Assembly (NCBI GenBank): GCA_043817235.1
Contig: JBDRHA010000011.1
Coordinates: forward strand, 191,769 to 255,768
Direction: 5' to 3'
DNA length: 64,000 nucleotides
Source of the DNA: Candidatus Shapirobacteria bacterium
Lineage (GTDB): Bacteria > Patescibacteriota > Microgenomatia > UBA12405 > BS750m-G30
In this document: piece by piece, positions 27,773-37,886 of the stretch
How the letters are laid out: each line of letters opens with the position of its first letter
Position numbering within the stretch: the stretch's first letter is position 1
Notes under the pieces: generated by a model
Told to the model about the DNA's origin: nothing
What the model saw: only the letters and a program-made list of their open reading frames with translations
Database searches by the model: none
Translations under genes and position numbers: made by a program

Positions 27773-30760
27773 CTACTGTAGTCAGCTCCCCTCAAGAATC
27801 AGCGGTTACTGCGGATAGAGACCGAGCTGTCTTACGACGCTCTGAACCCAACTAATGCGGCGCTTTAATGGGCGAACAGACCAACCCTTGGCCACTTCTT
27901 CATGGCCAGGATGCGCCAAGTCGACATCGAGGTGCCGAACCGGGCCGTCTATGTGGACTATCGGGCCCGACCAGCCTGTTATCCCCGGGGTAATTTTTAT
28001 CCGTTAAGCCCCATGTTTAACCATCCAAGCATGGGGGATCACTAAGACCTGCTTTCGCATCTCCTCGCCTTGACGGCGGGTGGTATCACCTTAAACTTTT
28101 CCAGTTCAAATGAGTGAAAAAATAAAAGGATTAACCAGCTCGACTTGTAAGTCTCGCAGTTAGGCTAGCTTTTGGCTTTGTCCTTACGGCTCGGTTTCCA
28201 TCCGAGCTAAGCTAACCTTTGTACGCTCGCGTTACCTTTTAGCAAGCGGCTGCCCCAGCCAAACTGACCACCAAACACTGTTCCCGTCCGAGTGTGCATC
28301 GGACTCAGGTAAGACGTAAACTTGATAAAGGGTGGTATTCCACTGGTGGTCCGACGTAAAGTCGGACCTCCCACCTATTCTCGACAGTTACCAAATTCTT
28401 GTCAATGTTAAGTTTCAGTAAAACTCCACGGGGTCTTTTTGTCCTGCAGTAACTAACCGGCATCTTCACCGGTATTTCAATTTCGCCGGATAAAGGGTCG
28501 AGACAGTTGCTCGGTCGTGAAGCCTTTCATACTGGTCTGAACTTACCAGACAATGGACTTCGCTACCTTTGGATCCTTAGAGTTAGGACCGTCGTTCACC
28601 GGGGCTTCGGTTTGAGGCAGTCCAAGTAAACTTGGATACCCCGCTCCTTGACCTTCCGGCACCGGACAGGCTTCAGCCCCTATACTTCCCCTTACGGGTT
28701 TGCAGAGACCTGTGTTTTTGCTAAACAGTCGCCGAGCAATCTTTCGCTGCGTCCCGCCCAAAGGCGGGAAAGGCATCTCCCTAAGTTACGCCTAGCTTTT
28801 TTGCCGAGTTCCTTGACCCTCCTTCTTCCGATCGTTTTAGTTTACTCAACTTGTCCACCTGTGTCGGTTTTCGGTACGAATATTATTTTTTCTCCCAACG
28901 AAGCTTTTCTTGGTATCTGAACCCAGCGGGATTTCCCAAAACAAGTTTGGGATTCCGGCAAGTCTCACTTAAAACGAAATGGCGGATTTGCCTACCACTT
29001 CTGGCTCAACTAACCGATGCGGCAATTTCACTCACCACACCCCACCTCTCCTGATACGTCCCTCCCTTGGTTATAACGAAAAAATAACAGGGCTGGAATA
29101 TTAACCAGCTGTCCATCCACTACTCCCGACGTAACGTCGGGACTTATGTTAGGATCGCCTAACCCTCAGACGACAAACGTTGCTGAGGAAACCTTGGACA
29201 TTCAACGGTCCAGTTTCTCACTGGACTTACGCTACTCATGCCGGCATTCTCGCTCCCGCCAACTCCACTCCGATTCACATCGGAACTTCACTGTAAGCGG
29301 GACGCTCCCCTACCAACCTCGCCTCCTGGGCAAGAAAATCCTAATTTCTAACCCTTTGTCATCCTGAGCATAGCCGAAGGATCTTTTACTCCCAAAGATT
29401 CCTCGACTTCGCTCGGAATGACAAGGCACAATATTATTTAGAATTTCCCTGTCCAAGAGACAAGATTCTCCGTTGTCGGTGGCCTGCTTTAGCCTCGGTA
29501 AATTTTCGGCGCAGCCTATCCATATCGACCAGTGAGCTGTTACGCTTTCTTTAAAGGGTGGCTGCCTCTAAGCCAACCTCCTGGCTGTCTAGGATCGACT
29601 ACCTCCTTCCCCACTTAGCAAGACACTTAGAGACCTTAAACGGGAGTCTGGGTTGTTTCCCTTTCGCCCAACCAGCTTAGCCCGGCTGGACTGACTGCCT
29701 GATTAATTTACCTGGTATTCGGAGTTTGGTTGAACACCGGAGATTGCTCCCCAGATGCTCATCCAGTCGCTCTACCCCCAAGCAAAACAATATCAGGCGC
29801 TATACCAATATATATTTCGGGGAGAACCAGCTATTTCCGAGTTCGATAAGCATATTACCTCTAACCACAGGTCATCCAAAGAGTTTGCAGCCTCAACTGG
29901 TGCGGGCCTCCGGTCGACTTTCATCGACCTTCACCCTGCCCATGGTTAGCTCACTCGGTTTCGGGTATTCCGCCAGCCGCTAAACGCCTTATTCAGACTC
30001 GGTTTCCCTACGCCTTCCCCCGCAACTGCGAGGTTAAACTTGCGACTAAGACGAAAACTCGCCGGCTCATTCTTCAATAGGCACGACATCAGTCCGACGT
30101 AACGTCGGACCTCTGTCTGTTTGTTAGCAAATAGTTTCAGGTTCTATTTCACTCCCCTCCCGGGGTTCTTTTCACCTTTCCCTCACGGTAATATACGCTA
30201 TCGGTCAGCAAGAGTATTTAGCCTTTCCGGATGGCCCCGGAAGATTCCCACGAAGTTTTGCGTGTTCCGTGGTACTCAGGTGCTCTGGCTCAAACTTAAT
30301 CAAATTTCACCTACAGGGCTTTCACCTTCTTTGGCAAGCCATTTCCAGGCTTTTTGGCTATTTTTTCAGCTCAAGACTATCAGAGTCCTACAACCCCCCG
30401 ACGTTACGTCGGGGTTTGGGCTACTCCCTTTTCGCTCACCGCTACTAAGGGAATTATGGTTATTTTCTTTTCCTCTGGGTACTAAGATGTTTCAGTTCCC
30501 CAGGTTATCCCCCCGCAAATGCGGGGTTTCCGAAATTAACTTCGGAAGGGTTGCCCCATTCGGAAACCGCCGGATCATAGGTTGCAGACACCTACCCGAC
30601 GAGTATCGCCGTCTGCCGCGTCCTTCTTCGACTCTTACCGCCAAGGCATCCACTATTTGCCTTACTACAAGATTTTTTCTTTAATATCAACAATCTGATT
30701 CTTTAGTCAATTACTTTCTAATAAGTTGTCAAGGTGCAGCCTGCCTCACCGGCAGGTGGG

Positions 30761-30835
30761 TGGACCGAAAGGGGTTTGAACCCTTGACCTCCCGGATGCA
30801 AACCGGGTGCTCTAATCCAGCTGAGCTATCGGCCC
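30761..30835 (-). tRNA. tRNA-Ala (anticodon TGC), no encoded CCA
   Basis: manual fold: acceptor GGGCCGA/TCGGTCC with the diagnostic G3:U70 pair, anticodon stem CCCGG/CCGGG with loop TTTGCAT, T-loop TTCAAAC; sits ~60 nt upstream of the 23S 5' end. Confidence 0.85.
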
Positions 30836-31075
30836 GCATTCTAAAACATTAAAAAACCGGGGGGTTAACCCGGCTTCTAATTTCCTAAAATAAAGTCTCT
30901 CTTACATAACCAACATTCTTTTTTTCAAAAAGTTAGTTTGCTTTCTCATTAAGTTGAATTTATTGGCTTTTTATTAGAACCGGGCTCTCGCCCAATTTCC
31001 TTTTTTAAAAAGGATAGCCAATTATATCTAGCTTAAGTTAAATTGTCAAATAGTCTATTTATGCTAGAATGAGGC

Positions 31076-31834
31076 ATGGAATTAAAAGAGATCTTGGCCC
31101 AAAAAACCCTTTTTGCCTTTAATCTGGACGACTTCACCATTTTTAAAGGCATTATCCGTGCCTTAGAGGAAAAAAAATCTCCCGCTATTATCCAATTATC
31201 GGCGGGCGAAGCCAGTTTTTGGGGACTAGAAAATTTTATTCGCTTGGCTAAACCTCTAAAGGATAAAAAAATATTTTTAAACATTGACCACGGCAAAAAT
31301 CTTGAGTTGCTTAAAAAAGCGATTGATTTGGGCTTTGACATGGTTCATTTTGACGGCTCGGCTCTTTCTTGGGAAGAAAATATTAATCTTACAGCCAAAG
31401 CAAGCAAACTTGCTCATTCTCAGGGAGTAATCGCCGAAGGAGAGCCAGAAAGCCAAAATACTAATCCCGCTAAAGTTGCTGAGTTTGTCCGAAAAACCAA
31501 AGTTGACTTGGTCGCTGTTTTCTGCGGCAATAAGCACGGCTTTAACTTGCAAAAGCCGGAAAATCTTAATTTTGAACGATTAAGAGAAATAAAAAAGGCT
31601 GCAAAGCCTGCTCTGCTTGCCCTGCATGGCGGCTCAGGAGTACCCGAAGATCAGATTAAAAAAGCAATTAAAGAAAAACTGATTGCCAAAATTAATATTA
31701 ACAGCGTTTTAAGAGATGCCTATTTTAAAACCCTGAAAAAACAGCTTTCTTGCTATAAGGGAAACAAGGCTTATGATCTTCTTGGGCTGGTAAGCCAGGC
31801 AGTTTCCGAAAAAGCAAACAGTCTGTTAGCATGA
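31076..31834 (+). CDS. fba: class II fructose-bisphosphate aldolase family protein (short form)
   Basis: metal-binding motifs NIDHG, VHFDGS, LHGGSG; TGA stop overlaps the ATG of the downstream pfkB. Confidence 0.75.
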   Translation: MELKEILAQKTLFAFNLDDFTIFKGIIRALEEKKSPAIIQLSAGEASFWGLENFIRLAKPLKDKKIFLNIDHGKNLELLKKAIDLGFDMVHFDGSALSWEENINLTAKASKLAHSQGVIAEGEPESQNTNPAKVAEFVRKTKVDLVAVFCGNKHGFNLQKPENLNFERLREIKKAAKPALLALHGGSGVPEDQIKKAIKEKLIAKININSVLRDAYFKTLKKQLSCYKGNKAYDLLGLVSQAVSEKANSLLA

Positions 31835-32769
31835 ATAATAATTTTGATATTATCGTCTTTGGCTCAGCCACTGTTGATTTTTTTTTAACAAGCAAGTGGT
31901 TTGATCAAAATTTTCACTTGGAAAGCGATGCTAAAATAGATGTTGAGCAAAAACTAGTTTCCGGCGGCGGTGGAGGAACAAATGTAGCCGCAGGCTTATC
32001 TCGTCTGGGTCTAAAAACAGCTTTGGTAGCCCGACTGGGCCAAGATCAGTTTTCTTCCCTAATCTTAGATGAGCTGAAAAAAGAAGGGGTATGCCATCGA
32101 CTAACCAGTGTCTTATCTGGAGAAAAAACTGATTCTTCAATTATTCTGGTTAATCAAAAAGGGAAAAAAGTAATTCTTGTCTCTCGCGGCTTCACTCGTC
32201 TGGAAGCTGAAAATATAAATTGGGAACAGCTAGATGCTTCCTGGTTTCATCTTTCCTCTTTGGAAGGCAATTTAAAGCTTGCCTCTGCCCTGATTAGCTA
32301 CGCCAAGACTAACAATGTCAAAGTTTCCTGGAACCCCGGCTCAAGAGAGCTTCTCCAGAAAGAAAAACTAGCCTCGCTTTTAACCAAAATCCAAATTCTG
32401 ATCTTAAATCAAAAGGAAATAGAAGATTATCTGGATCTAAAAATAACTAATTCTAAATTTTGGCCAGAAGTTTATAAAATAGACTCTCCTTTGATTGCTA
32501 TCACTCAAAATCAAAAAGGCTGTTTTCTAGTCTTTACGAAAGAAAACAGAAAAATTCATCTTGCCGCTGTAAAAACAAAAAATATTGAAGCTACAGGCGC
32601 CGGTGATGCTTTTTGCTCGGGAATAGTGGCAGGCTTATATCATCAAGCGCCTCCCCGGAAAGCAGCTCTTTGGGGACTGGCCAATGGTGCCTCGGTAGTT
32701 TCTTATTTTGGCGCAAAAACCGGCCTGCTTACCAAGAAGGGAATAAAAAAATGGTTGAAAAAACTTTAG
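31831..32769 (+). CDS. PfkB-family carbohydrate kinase (ribokinase-like; possibly a phosphofructokinase given the adjacent aldolase)
   Basis: N-terminal GG-dipeptide region GGGGTNVAAGLSRLG and C-terminal ATP-binding motif ATGAGDAFCSGIVAGL. Confidence 0.75.
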   Translation: MNNNFDIIVFGSATVDFFLTSKWFDQNFHLESDAKIDVEQKLVSGGGGGTNVAAGLSRLGLKTALVARLGQDQFSSLILDELKKEGVCHRLTSVLSGEKTDSSIILVNQKGKKVILVSRGFTRLEAENINWEQLDASWFHLSSLEGNLKLASALISYAKTNNVKVSWNPGSRELLQKEKLASLLTKIQILILNQKEIEDYLDLKITNSKFWPEVYKIDSPLIAITQNQKGCFLVFTKENRKIHLAAVKTKNIEATGAGDAFCSGIVAGLYHQAPPRKAALWGLANGASVVSYFGAKTGLLTKKGIKKWLKKL

Positions 32770-33740
32770 CCTTTGCCAAAGAAAAACTTAATGGCAATAA
32801 AAAAATAGACAAAACAAAAAAGAAAAAAGAAGATCCGGTTAAGGAAAGAAAAATCATTAGCCTGGTTCTTACTGCTTCTATTTTCCTAAGCGTCTTTTTT
32901 TATTTAACCGCTCATTGGCCCAATCTTCGTCTTGATCTTAGTCTTCCTTCTTTGCCTCGGTCATTGCCCAGAATCATCGCCCCTTCTGCTCCTCTTGAGA
33001 GTAAAATAGACAACATTGTTCTTGGCCGCCTTGGTGAACAGAAAAATAACTGGGCTGTTTGGATAGAAGACTTAAATAGCGGATTTATCTGGTCTTACCA
33101 AGAAAAGGAAATTTTCCCCTCAGATTCTTTGGCAAAACTAGGGGCCGCTGCTACTCTTTACCAGCAGGCAGAAGCAGGGGAAATTAGCTTAAGCAGCAAA
33201 GTGATTTTAACCCAAGAAGACTTTCAGGGCGGAAGTGGTAATTTGAAAGATAGCCCCGTCGGAAGCGAAATCAGTTTAAATGCAGCTGCCATGCTTTGTC
33301 TTTCCCAGTCGGATAATACTTCTTTCAATCTTATAACAAGGTTCTTGAGCGAACAGCTAATTTCCCGCAATATATTTTCCCAAGGAATGATCAACACCTC
33401 CTTGGAAAACAAAACTACCACTGCCGCCGACCTGGCTTTATTTTTTCAAAAGCTTTATCGCAATCAACTGCTTTCTCCTGAATTCAAAGAGGAAATGCTA
33501 AATAATCTAGCAGAAGGCGCTTTTGCTGACTATCTTCCCAAAAACTTGCCTCAGGGAATTAAAACTGCTCATCAAGTAAGCGAGGGCCTTAATAGTTTAT
33601 CTGATGCAGGCATTGTTTTTGTTCCCCAAAAACCAATTCTCCTGATTTTTCTGGCCAAAAATATCCCGCCTGATCAGGCTAAAGTAATCATCGCCGACTT
33701 AAGCAAAGACGTTTATTGGTTTTTAGTTGCACCAAGGTGA
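32751..33740 (+). CDS. class A beta-lactamase-like serine hydrolase with N-terminal TM anchor
   Basis: SxxK (SLAK), SDN and KTA(G) motifs in the correct order and spacing; start taken at MVEKT because the longer ORF overlaps pfkB. Confidence 0.55.
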   Translation: MVEKTLAFAKEKLNGNKKIDKTKKKKEDPVKERKIISLVLTASIFLSVFFYLTAHWPNLRLDLSLPSLPRSLPRIIAPSAPLESKIDNIVLGRLGEQKNNWAVWIEDLNSGFIWSYQEKEIFPSDSLAKLGAAATLYQQAEAGEISLSSKVILTQEDFQGGSGNLKDSPVGSEISLNAAAMLCLSQSDNTSFNLITRFLSEQLISRNIFSQGMINTSLENKTTTAADLALFFQKLYRNQLLSPEFKEEMLNNLAEGAFADYLPKNLPQGIKTAHQVSEGLNSLSDAGIVFVPQKPILLIFLAKNIPPDQAKVIIADLSKDVYWFLVAPR

Positions 33741-35857
33741 TCTTTTTCAGCTAAAAACCAGGAAGGTGAACACTGATTTTTAGGCGCAGTATTTTCTAGA
33801 AAGTATTCTTGGCCAGTTTGTGGACAACCCTCACAAGGCAAGGTTCCGGTAGACCTGCAAATTACTGTTTCAGCCACGTTGCCGGGCTTTTTCCATCCGG
33901 TTTCAGGGTAGGATTCTAACATTAGATCGGTTATTTTCCGCCAGATAGGAGTAGCGCCGGTAATGCCCGAAGCAATTCGGCTCATGGGCCTATTATCATT
34001 ATTGCCCACCCAAACGGCTACCAAAAACTCTGGCGTATAGCCAATAGCCCAATTATCCCGTAGATTATTACTCGTACCGGTTTTAACTGCTACTTTGTGA
34101 TAAGAAATATTAAGCAAAGAGTGGAGACCAAAGCCCTGCGCTCGAGCAGAGCTGTCGGAAAGAATATCATTAAGCAAAAAAGCCACCCCCGGATCTAAAA
34201 CTTCTTTTGCCGACGGCTTTACATCCAAAAAGGGATTTAAATCCACCTTTTCCCCCAAATTAGCCAGCACCGCATAGGCCTGAGCCAAATCAATCATTTT
34301 TATTTCCCCCCCGCCCAAGGTTAAAGAAAGACCAAAGCGGGAGCGCTCCTGCCAAGTAGTAATTCCCATAAGCTCGCCTTGGCTAATCATCCGGTCCACC
34401 CCAAGAGCGGAAAGAACTTTTACCGCCGGCACATTAAAGGACGAAGCTAAAGCCGTACGCAAAGAAACATTGCCATGAAAACGGCCATCATAATTTTGGG
34501 GAGAATAAGGATCTTGATAAGGTTTTTGAAAAGTAATCGGCGTATCGGGAATAATTGTGGCCGGAGTAAATCCATTTTGCAAAGCCAGGGAATAGGTAAT
34601 TATTTTAATAGCCGATCCGGGAGGACGAGGCCTTAAAGTCACATTCACATTGCCATCATGATCAAAATCATAGTAGTCTTTACTCCCGACCATCGCCAAA
34701 ATTTCTCCGGTTTTTGGCTTAATTATCAAAGCCGCTCCATTGCTTACCCCCAAAGGCGCGGCCTTAACAAGCTCCTCCTGAATAATTTTTTCCACTTTTT
34801 TTTGCAAGTTCAGGTCCAAGCTAGTCTTAACTTCTAATCCTCCCTCTTCTACAATCTGCTCGCCCCATTTTTGGGCCAGGAGATCTTTAACATAAAACAC
34901 GAAATGAGGTGCCTCAATAGAATTATTCTGCATATTAAAGCGAAGGGGCTCCTGCGCAGCTCTTTGTTCCTCCTGTTCTGTTAAATAACCGCTTTTTGCC
35001 ATTAGAGACAACACCTGCTTTTGTCTCTCTTTGGCCAAGTCCGGATAAGCAGAAAAAGGAGAAAAGCGGGTAGGCCCGGCTGGCAAACCAGCAAGCAGTG
35101 AAGCTTCAGCCAAATTTACTTCCCGAACCGACTTACCGAAATATTTTTGGGCCGCCTCCTCAATGCCATAAGCCATGCCGCCATAAGGAATCTCGTTAAA
35201 GTACATCTGCAAAATTTCTTCTTTGGAAAAGCGCATTTCCACCAAAACACTTAAAATCACTTCTTTAATTTTCCGCTCCCAGGTCTTTTGCGAACCCAAA
35301 AGAGCATTCTTAACCAACTGCTGAGTAATGGTTGATCCGCCAATTGGCTCTTTATCAGGATTAGTTAAATTATGCTTGATCGCTCTTAAAATCCCTCGCC
35401 AAGAAAGACCTTTGTGCTGCCAATACTCCCGATCTTCAACAGCAATTGTCGCCTCGATCGCTCTCTTTGGTATTTCTTCTAAAGGGATTAAAGTCCGATC
35501 CTGTTCACGGTAAATTTTGTAAAGAAGATTGCCGTTTCGGTCGTAAATCTTAGTAGTTAAAGCTAGAGGACGATTAATTAATTTTTCCGGAGAAGGCAAG
35601 TCTTTTAAAATCGCTAAATAAAAACCATAAAATCCTGTCACCAGAAAAGTAAAAAAGGTAGCCAAGAAAAGCCAGCGAAACCTAAACCTAAAAAGATTAA
35701 TTTTTTTGATCAACAAGATAAGATTAGTAAATTTCTGGAAGGATAAAGATAAAAAATTTTGAACGAAATTAAAAAGCGCAGCTAAAGATAAATAAAAAGG
35801 TCTGCCTAAATAGTAAAAAAATTTAAACAAAAATAGAAAATATTTTGAAAAAAGCAT
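33713..35857 (-). CDS. penicillin-binding protein 1A (bifunctional GT51 glycosyltransferase/transpeptidase)
   Basis: GT51 motifs EDREYWQHKG and GGSTITQQLVKN; transpeptidase SxxK/SxN/KTG region; N-terminal TM. Confidence 0.85.
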   Translation of the reverse strand: MLFSKYFLFLFKFFYYLGRPFYLSLAALFNFVQNFLSLSFQKFTNLILLIKKINLFRFRFRWLFLATFFTFLVTGFYGFYLAILKDLPSPEKLINRPLALTTKIYDRNGNLLYKIYREQDRTLIPLEEIPKRAIEATIAVEDREYWQHKGLSWRGILRAIKHNLTNPDKEPIGGSTITQQLVKNALLGSQKTWERKIKEVILSVLVEMRFSKEEILQMYFNEIPYGGMAYGIEEAAQKYFGKSVREVNLAEASLLAGLPAGPTRFSPFSAYPDLAKERQKQVLSLMAKSGYLTEQEEQRAAQEPLRFNMQNNSIEAPHFVFYVKDLLAQKWGEQIVEEGGLEVKTSLDLNLQKKVEKIIQEELVKAAPLGVSNGAALIIKPKTGEILAMVGSKDYYDFDHDGNVNVTLRPRPPGSAIKIITYSLALQNGFTPATIIPDTPITFQKPYQDPYSPQNYDGRFHGNVSLRTALASSFNVPAVKVLSALGVDRMISQGELMGITTWQERSRFGLSLTLGGGEIKMIDLAQAYAVLANLGEKVDLNPFLDVKPSAKEVLDPGVAFLLNDILSDSSARAQGFGLHSLLNISYHKVAVKTGTSNNLRDNWAIGYTPEFLVAVWVGNNDNRPMSRIASGITGATPIWRKITDLMLESYPETGWKKPGNVAETVICRSTGTLPCEGCPQTGQEYFLENTAPKNQCSPSWFLAEKDHLGATKNQ

Positions 35858-35920
35858 CGCGGCTATAAAAGAGCTTCTTTCTCATTATAGCCTTCGCCAA
35901 AAAAAAATAATATAGGGAAT

Positions 35921-35990
35921 TTGTGTCGTTTGTCATTGAGAAATTTTTTGTCATTGCGACCCCGCAGCGGCGGGGGAAGCAATCCCGATG
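35921..35990. repeat. truncated copy of the TTTGTCATTGCGA element (TTTGTCATTGAGA + TTTGTCATTGCGACCCCGCAGCGGCGGGGGAAGCAATCCCGATGG)
   Basis: shares left terminus, GC hairpin, GCAATC and CCCGATGG blocks with 22426-22500. Confidence 0.55.
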
Positions 35991-36132
35991 GAACATAGAT
36001 CAATTGCTTTAGTTAAGCTCAAAATATCTTGAGGATTAGCATGAATAATTGCAAAAGGAATTAGTTGACTGACGCGACGTAACTAAAGAAAAATTATCAG
36101 GAATATAAAGGGCTAATCTTTCAGGCGCTTCT

Positions 36133-36522
36133 TTAATAATTTTGCGCCCGTGGATATTGTTGATCGCGATAGGTTCCACGACAGAGCTTAAACCAGATTG
36201 GGCAATACCGAAAATTAACTTTGGTTTCTTTTTTTGTATCAAAGCACATGCCCTCAGATACATGACCCATCATTTTTTTTGACTCAAGATTAATTACAAA
36301 TAGCGCCTGTTTGCCTTCTACCTCTCGCGGATTATCTCTTTCCTTTTTCATACCCACAATAATATTTCTTTTATGGTCGCCAAAATCAACAACTAGCTTG
36401 ACCAATTTATCCGACTCGGGAATATCTTCAACTTTTTCAATGGTACCAACTCGAATATCAACCTTATCTAGAACCTCGTAACCTATGACTGATTTTATTG
36501 GCGCTGGAGTTACTTTACCCAT
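36133..36522 (-). CDS. tRNA-binding domain protein (CsaA/Trbp111/EMAP-like OB fold)
   Basis: IRVGTIEKVEDIPESDKLVKLVVDFGD...IIVGMKK matches the MetRS C-terminal-like tRNA-binding domain; the C-terminal ~25 aa run into a repeat and may not be real. Confidence 0.6.
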   Translation of the reverse strand: MGKVTPAPIKSVIGYEVLDKVDIRVGTIEKVEDIPESDKLVKLVVDFGDHKRNIIVGMKKERDNPREVEGKQALFVINLESKKMMGHVSEGMCFDTKKETKVNFRYCPIWFKLCRGTYRDQQYPRAQNY

Positions 36523-36706
36523 ATTTTAATTTTAGCAAGTAGAAAGAGGTATTTCTGGTTCTGGTTTGGTATTTTTTGGCTGGGAAACAGAACTTTGATG
36601 AGCCGGGCTAGAAAATGACTCATCTGTTTGCATATTATTTTCAATATAGCATATTTTCAACAAAAAATATCCTGAAAATAATTCTTCATAAAACTTAGCA
36701 TCAGTT

Positions 36707-37057
36707 TTATGCGCCTTTCTTATTCTTGCTTTTTCGATAAAGTAGATACAGCAAAGCCGACAGGAAATAATAATATCCTAAAACAAGAAAGAGGACTAGG
36801 GCTATAGTCACCGGACGAGCTGATCCCAAATTAATAATTAATCCCAGTGGTGGGAAAAAAACAAAACCAATTAGAGAAATAATTAGGAAAAACAATAATA
36901 AAAAGGCATTAACCACTCCCGGCAAATGTGAATCGCCACTCATTCCCATAAGCCCAAGAATCAGCCAGGCATAAAATAAAAGAAGAACGCCGATAATTGT
37001 TAAAATGAAAAAAACAATCTTTTGCTTGGTCGGCCTGAAAATCTCTTTCAGGTTCAT
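36707..37057 (-). CDS. hypothetical membrane protein
   Basis: 116 aa, three TM helices. Confidence 0.35.
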   Translation of the reverse strand: MNLKEIFRPTKQKIVFFILTIIGVLLLFYAWLILGLMGMSGDSHLPGVVNAFLLLFFLIISLIGFVFFPPLGLIINLGSARPVTIALVLFLVLGYYYFLSALLYLLYRKSKNKKGA

Positions 37058-37776
37058 TTTTTAATTCTTTTAACCTCATTTATTAAAAGCCAGGGAAAAA
37101 GGAGAACTAAAAAATTAAAGATTGTGGATATCATAAAAAATGAAATTGACGAAATTAAAAAAAGATCGTTCGAGCCTCTTTCATAACCAGAATTAATCAA
37201 AGATTCATAAACAAACTCATAAGGCCGGAAATATACTTTTATAATTAGATCTGGCGGCTGTTCTTTGCTTATCCCGTAAAACCAGATAAGCAAGCTCACA
37301 ACAAAAAGAAAAGCTAAACCAAAAATTAATAATAATTGTTTGAAGGTTATCTTTTTTGACTTTAGTTGTCTTTTCGCCCAATAAAGTTCAAAGAAAATAA
37401 ATAATAAAATTAAAAAATAATAGAAGCGATAAAAGAGAATCTTAAGATAAAAGATAGTTATTCTCGCAATCTGTTTAGCGCTAACTAGCCGGCAACCGGC
37501 CCAACCTCCTATTTCCATCTCTAGCAAACTTTGCTGGCTACCATCCGAGCAAGAACAGCTCAGGGGATCAATGACTATTGAATCAAGAAACAAAACTTTA
37601 AAAGATACTTCTTGTAAACTTCTATCATTTAACTGGCCTCCTGTTTTTAAGCAAGACCAGATTGCTTCCTTGCTAACTTCTTGCCTATATATACTTAGAG
37701 CTTCTGCTCTAGTTAACAAGACGAAAAATATTAAAGCAGATAAAAGGAGACCGGAGCAAAGTCTTATTATCTTCAT
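37054..37776 (-). CDS. hypothetical membrane protein
   Basis: 240 aa; N-terminal signal/TM, Cys-containing extracytoplasmic segment, several C-terminal TM helices. Confidence 0.35.
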   Translation of the reverse strand: MKIIRLCSGLLLSALIFFVLLTRAEALSIYRQEVSKEAIWSCLKTGGQLNDRSLQEVSFKVLFLDSIVIDPLSCSCSDGSQQSLLEMEIGGWAGCRLVSAKQIARITIFYLKILFYRFYYFLILLFIFFELYWAKRQLKSKKITFKQLLLIFGLAFLFVVSLLIWFYGISKEQPPDLIIKVYFRPYEFVYESLINSGYERGSNDLFLISSISFFMISTIFNFLVLLFPWLLINEVKRIKK

Positions 37777-37842
37777 CAGATCAGAAATTTAAAATAATTA
37801 TAACAAAAATAATTAAAAATGTACCCAGGGCAACTTATTCAT

Positions 37843-37878
37843 CCCGATGTTGCAAGGGCAGTCAACTCCCGAGGTTGC
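37843..37878. repeat. exact 36-nt copy of TCCCGATGTTGCAAGGGCAGTCAACTCCCGAGGTTG
   Basis: identical to 4455-4490; intergenic, upstream of the 37054-37776 operon. Confidence 0.75.
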
Positions 37879-37886
37879 TAGCTATA

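Larger units (their letters stand above)
26795..30700 (-). rRNA. rrl: 23S ribosomal RNA with one ~760-nt intron and a ~120-nt hairpin insertion
   Basis: reverse complement contains conserved 23S blocks: 5' GTGGATGCCTTGGC (near 30650), GTTGGGTTCAGAGCGTCGT..GACAGCTCGGTC (27810-27850), sarcin-ricin CGAGAGGACC (27006-27015), GATAACCGCTGAAAGCATCTAAGCGGGAAGCC (26895-26930); a 5'/3' processing helix extends to about 26770 and 30715. Confidence 0.9.

Noticed and set aside
28543-30684. Several ORFs of 64-187 aa (28543-28776, 28648-28920, 28851-29054, 29146-29367, 29726-29983, 30121-30684) lying on both strands
   Set aside because: They lie entirely within the 23S rRNA gene and have no protein-like composition; they are artefacts of ORF calling on rRNA
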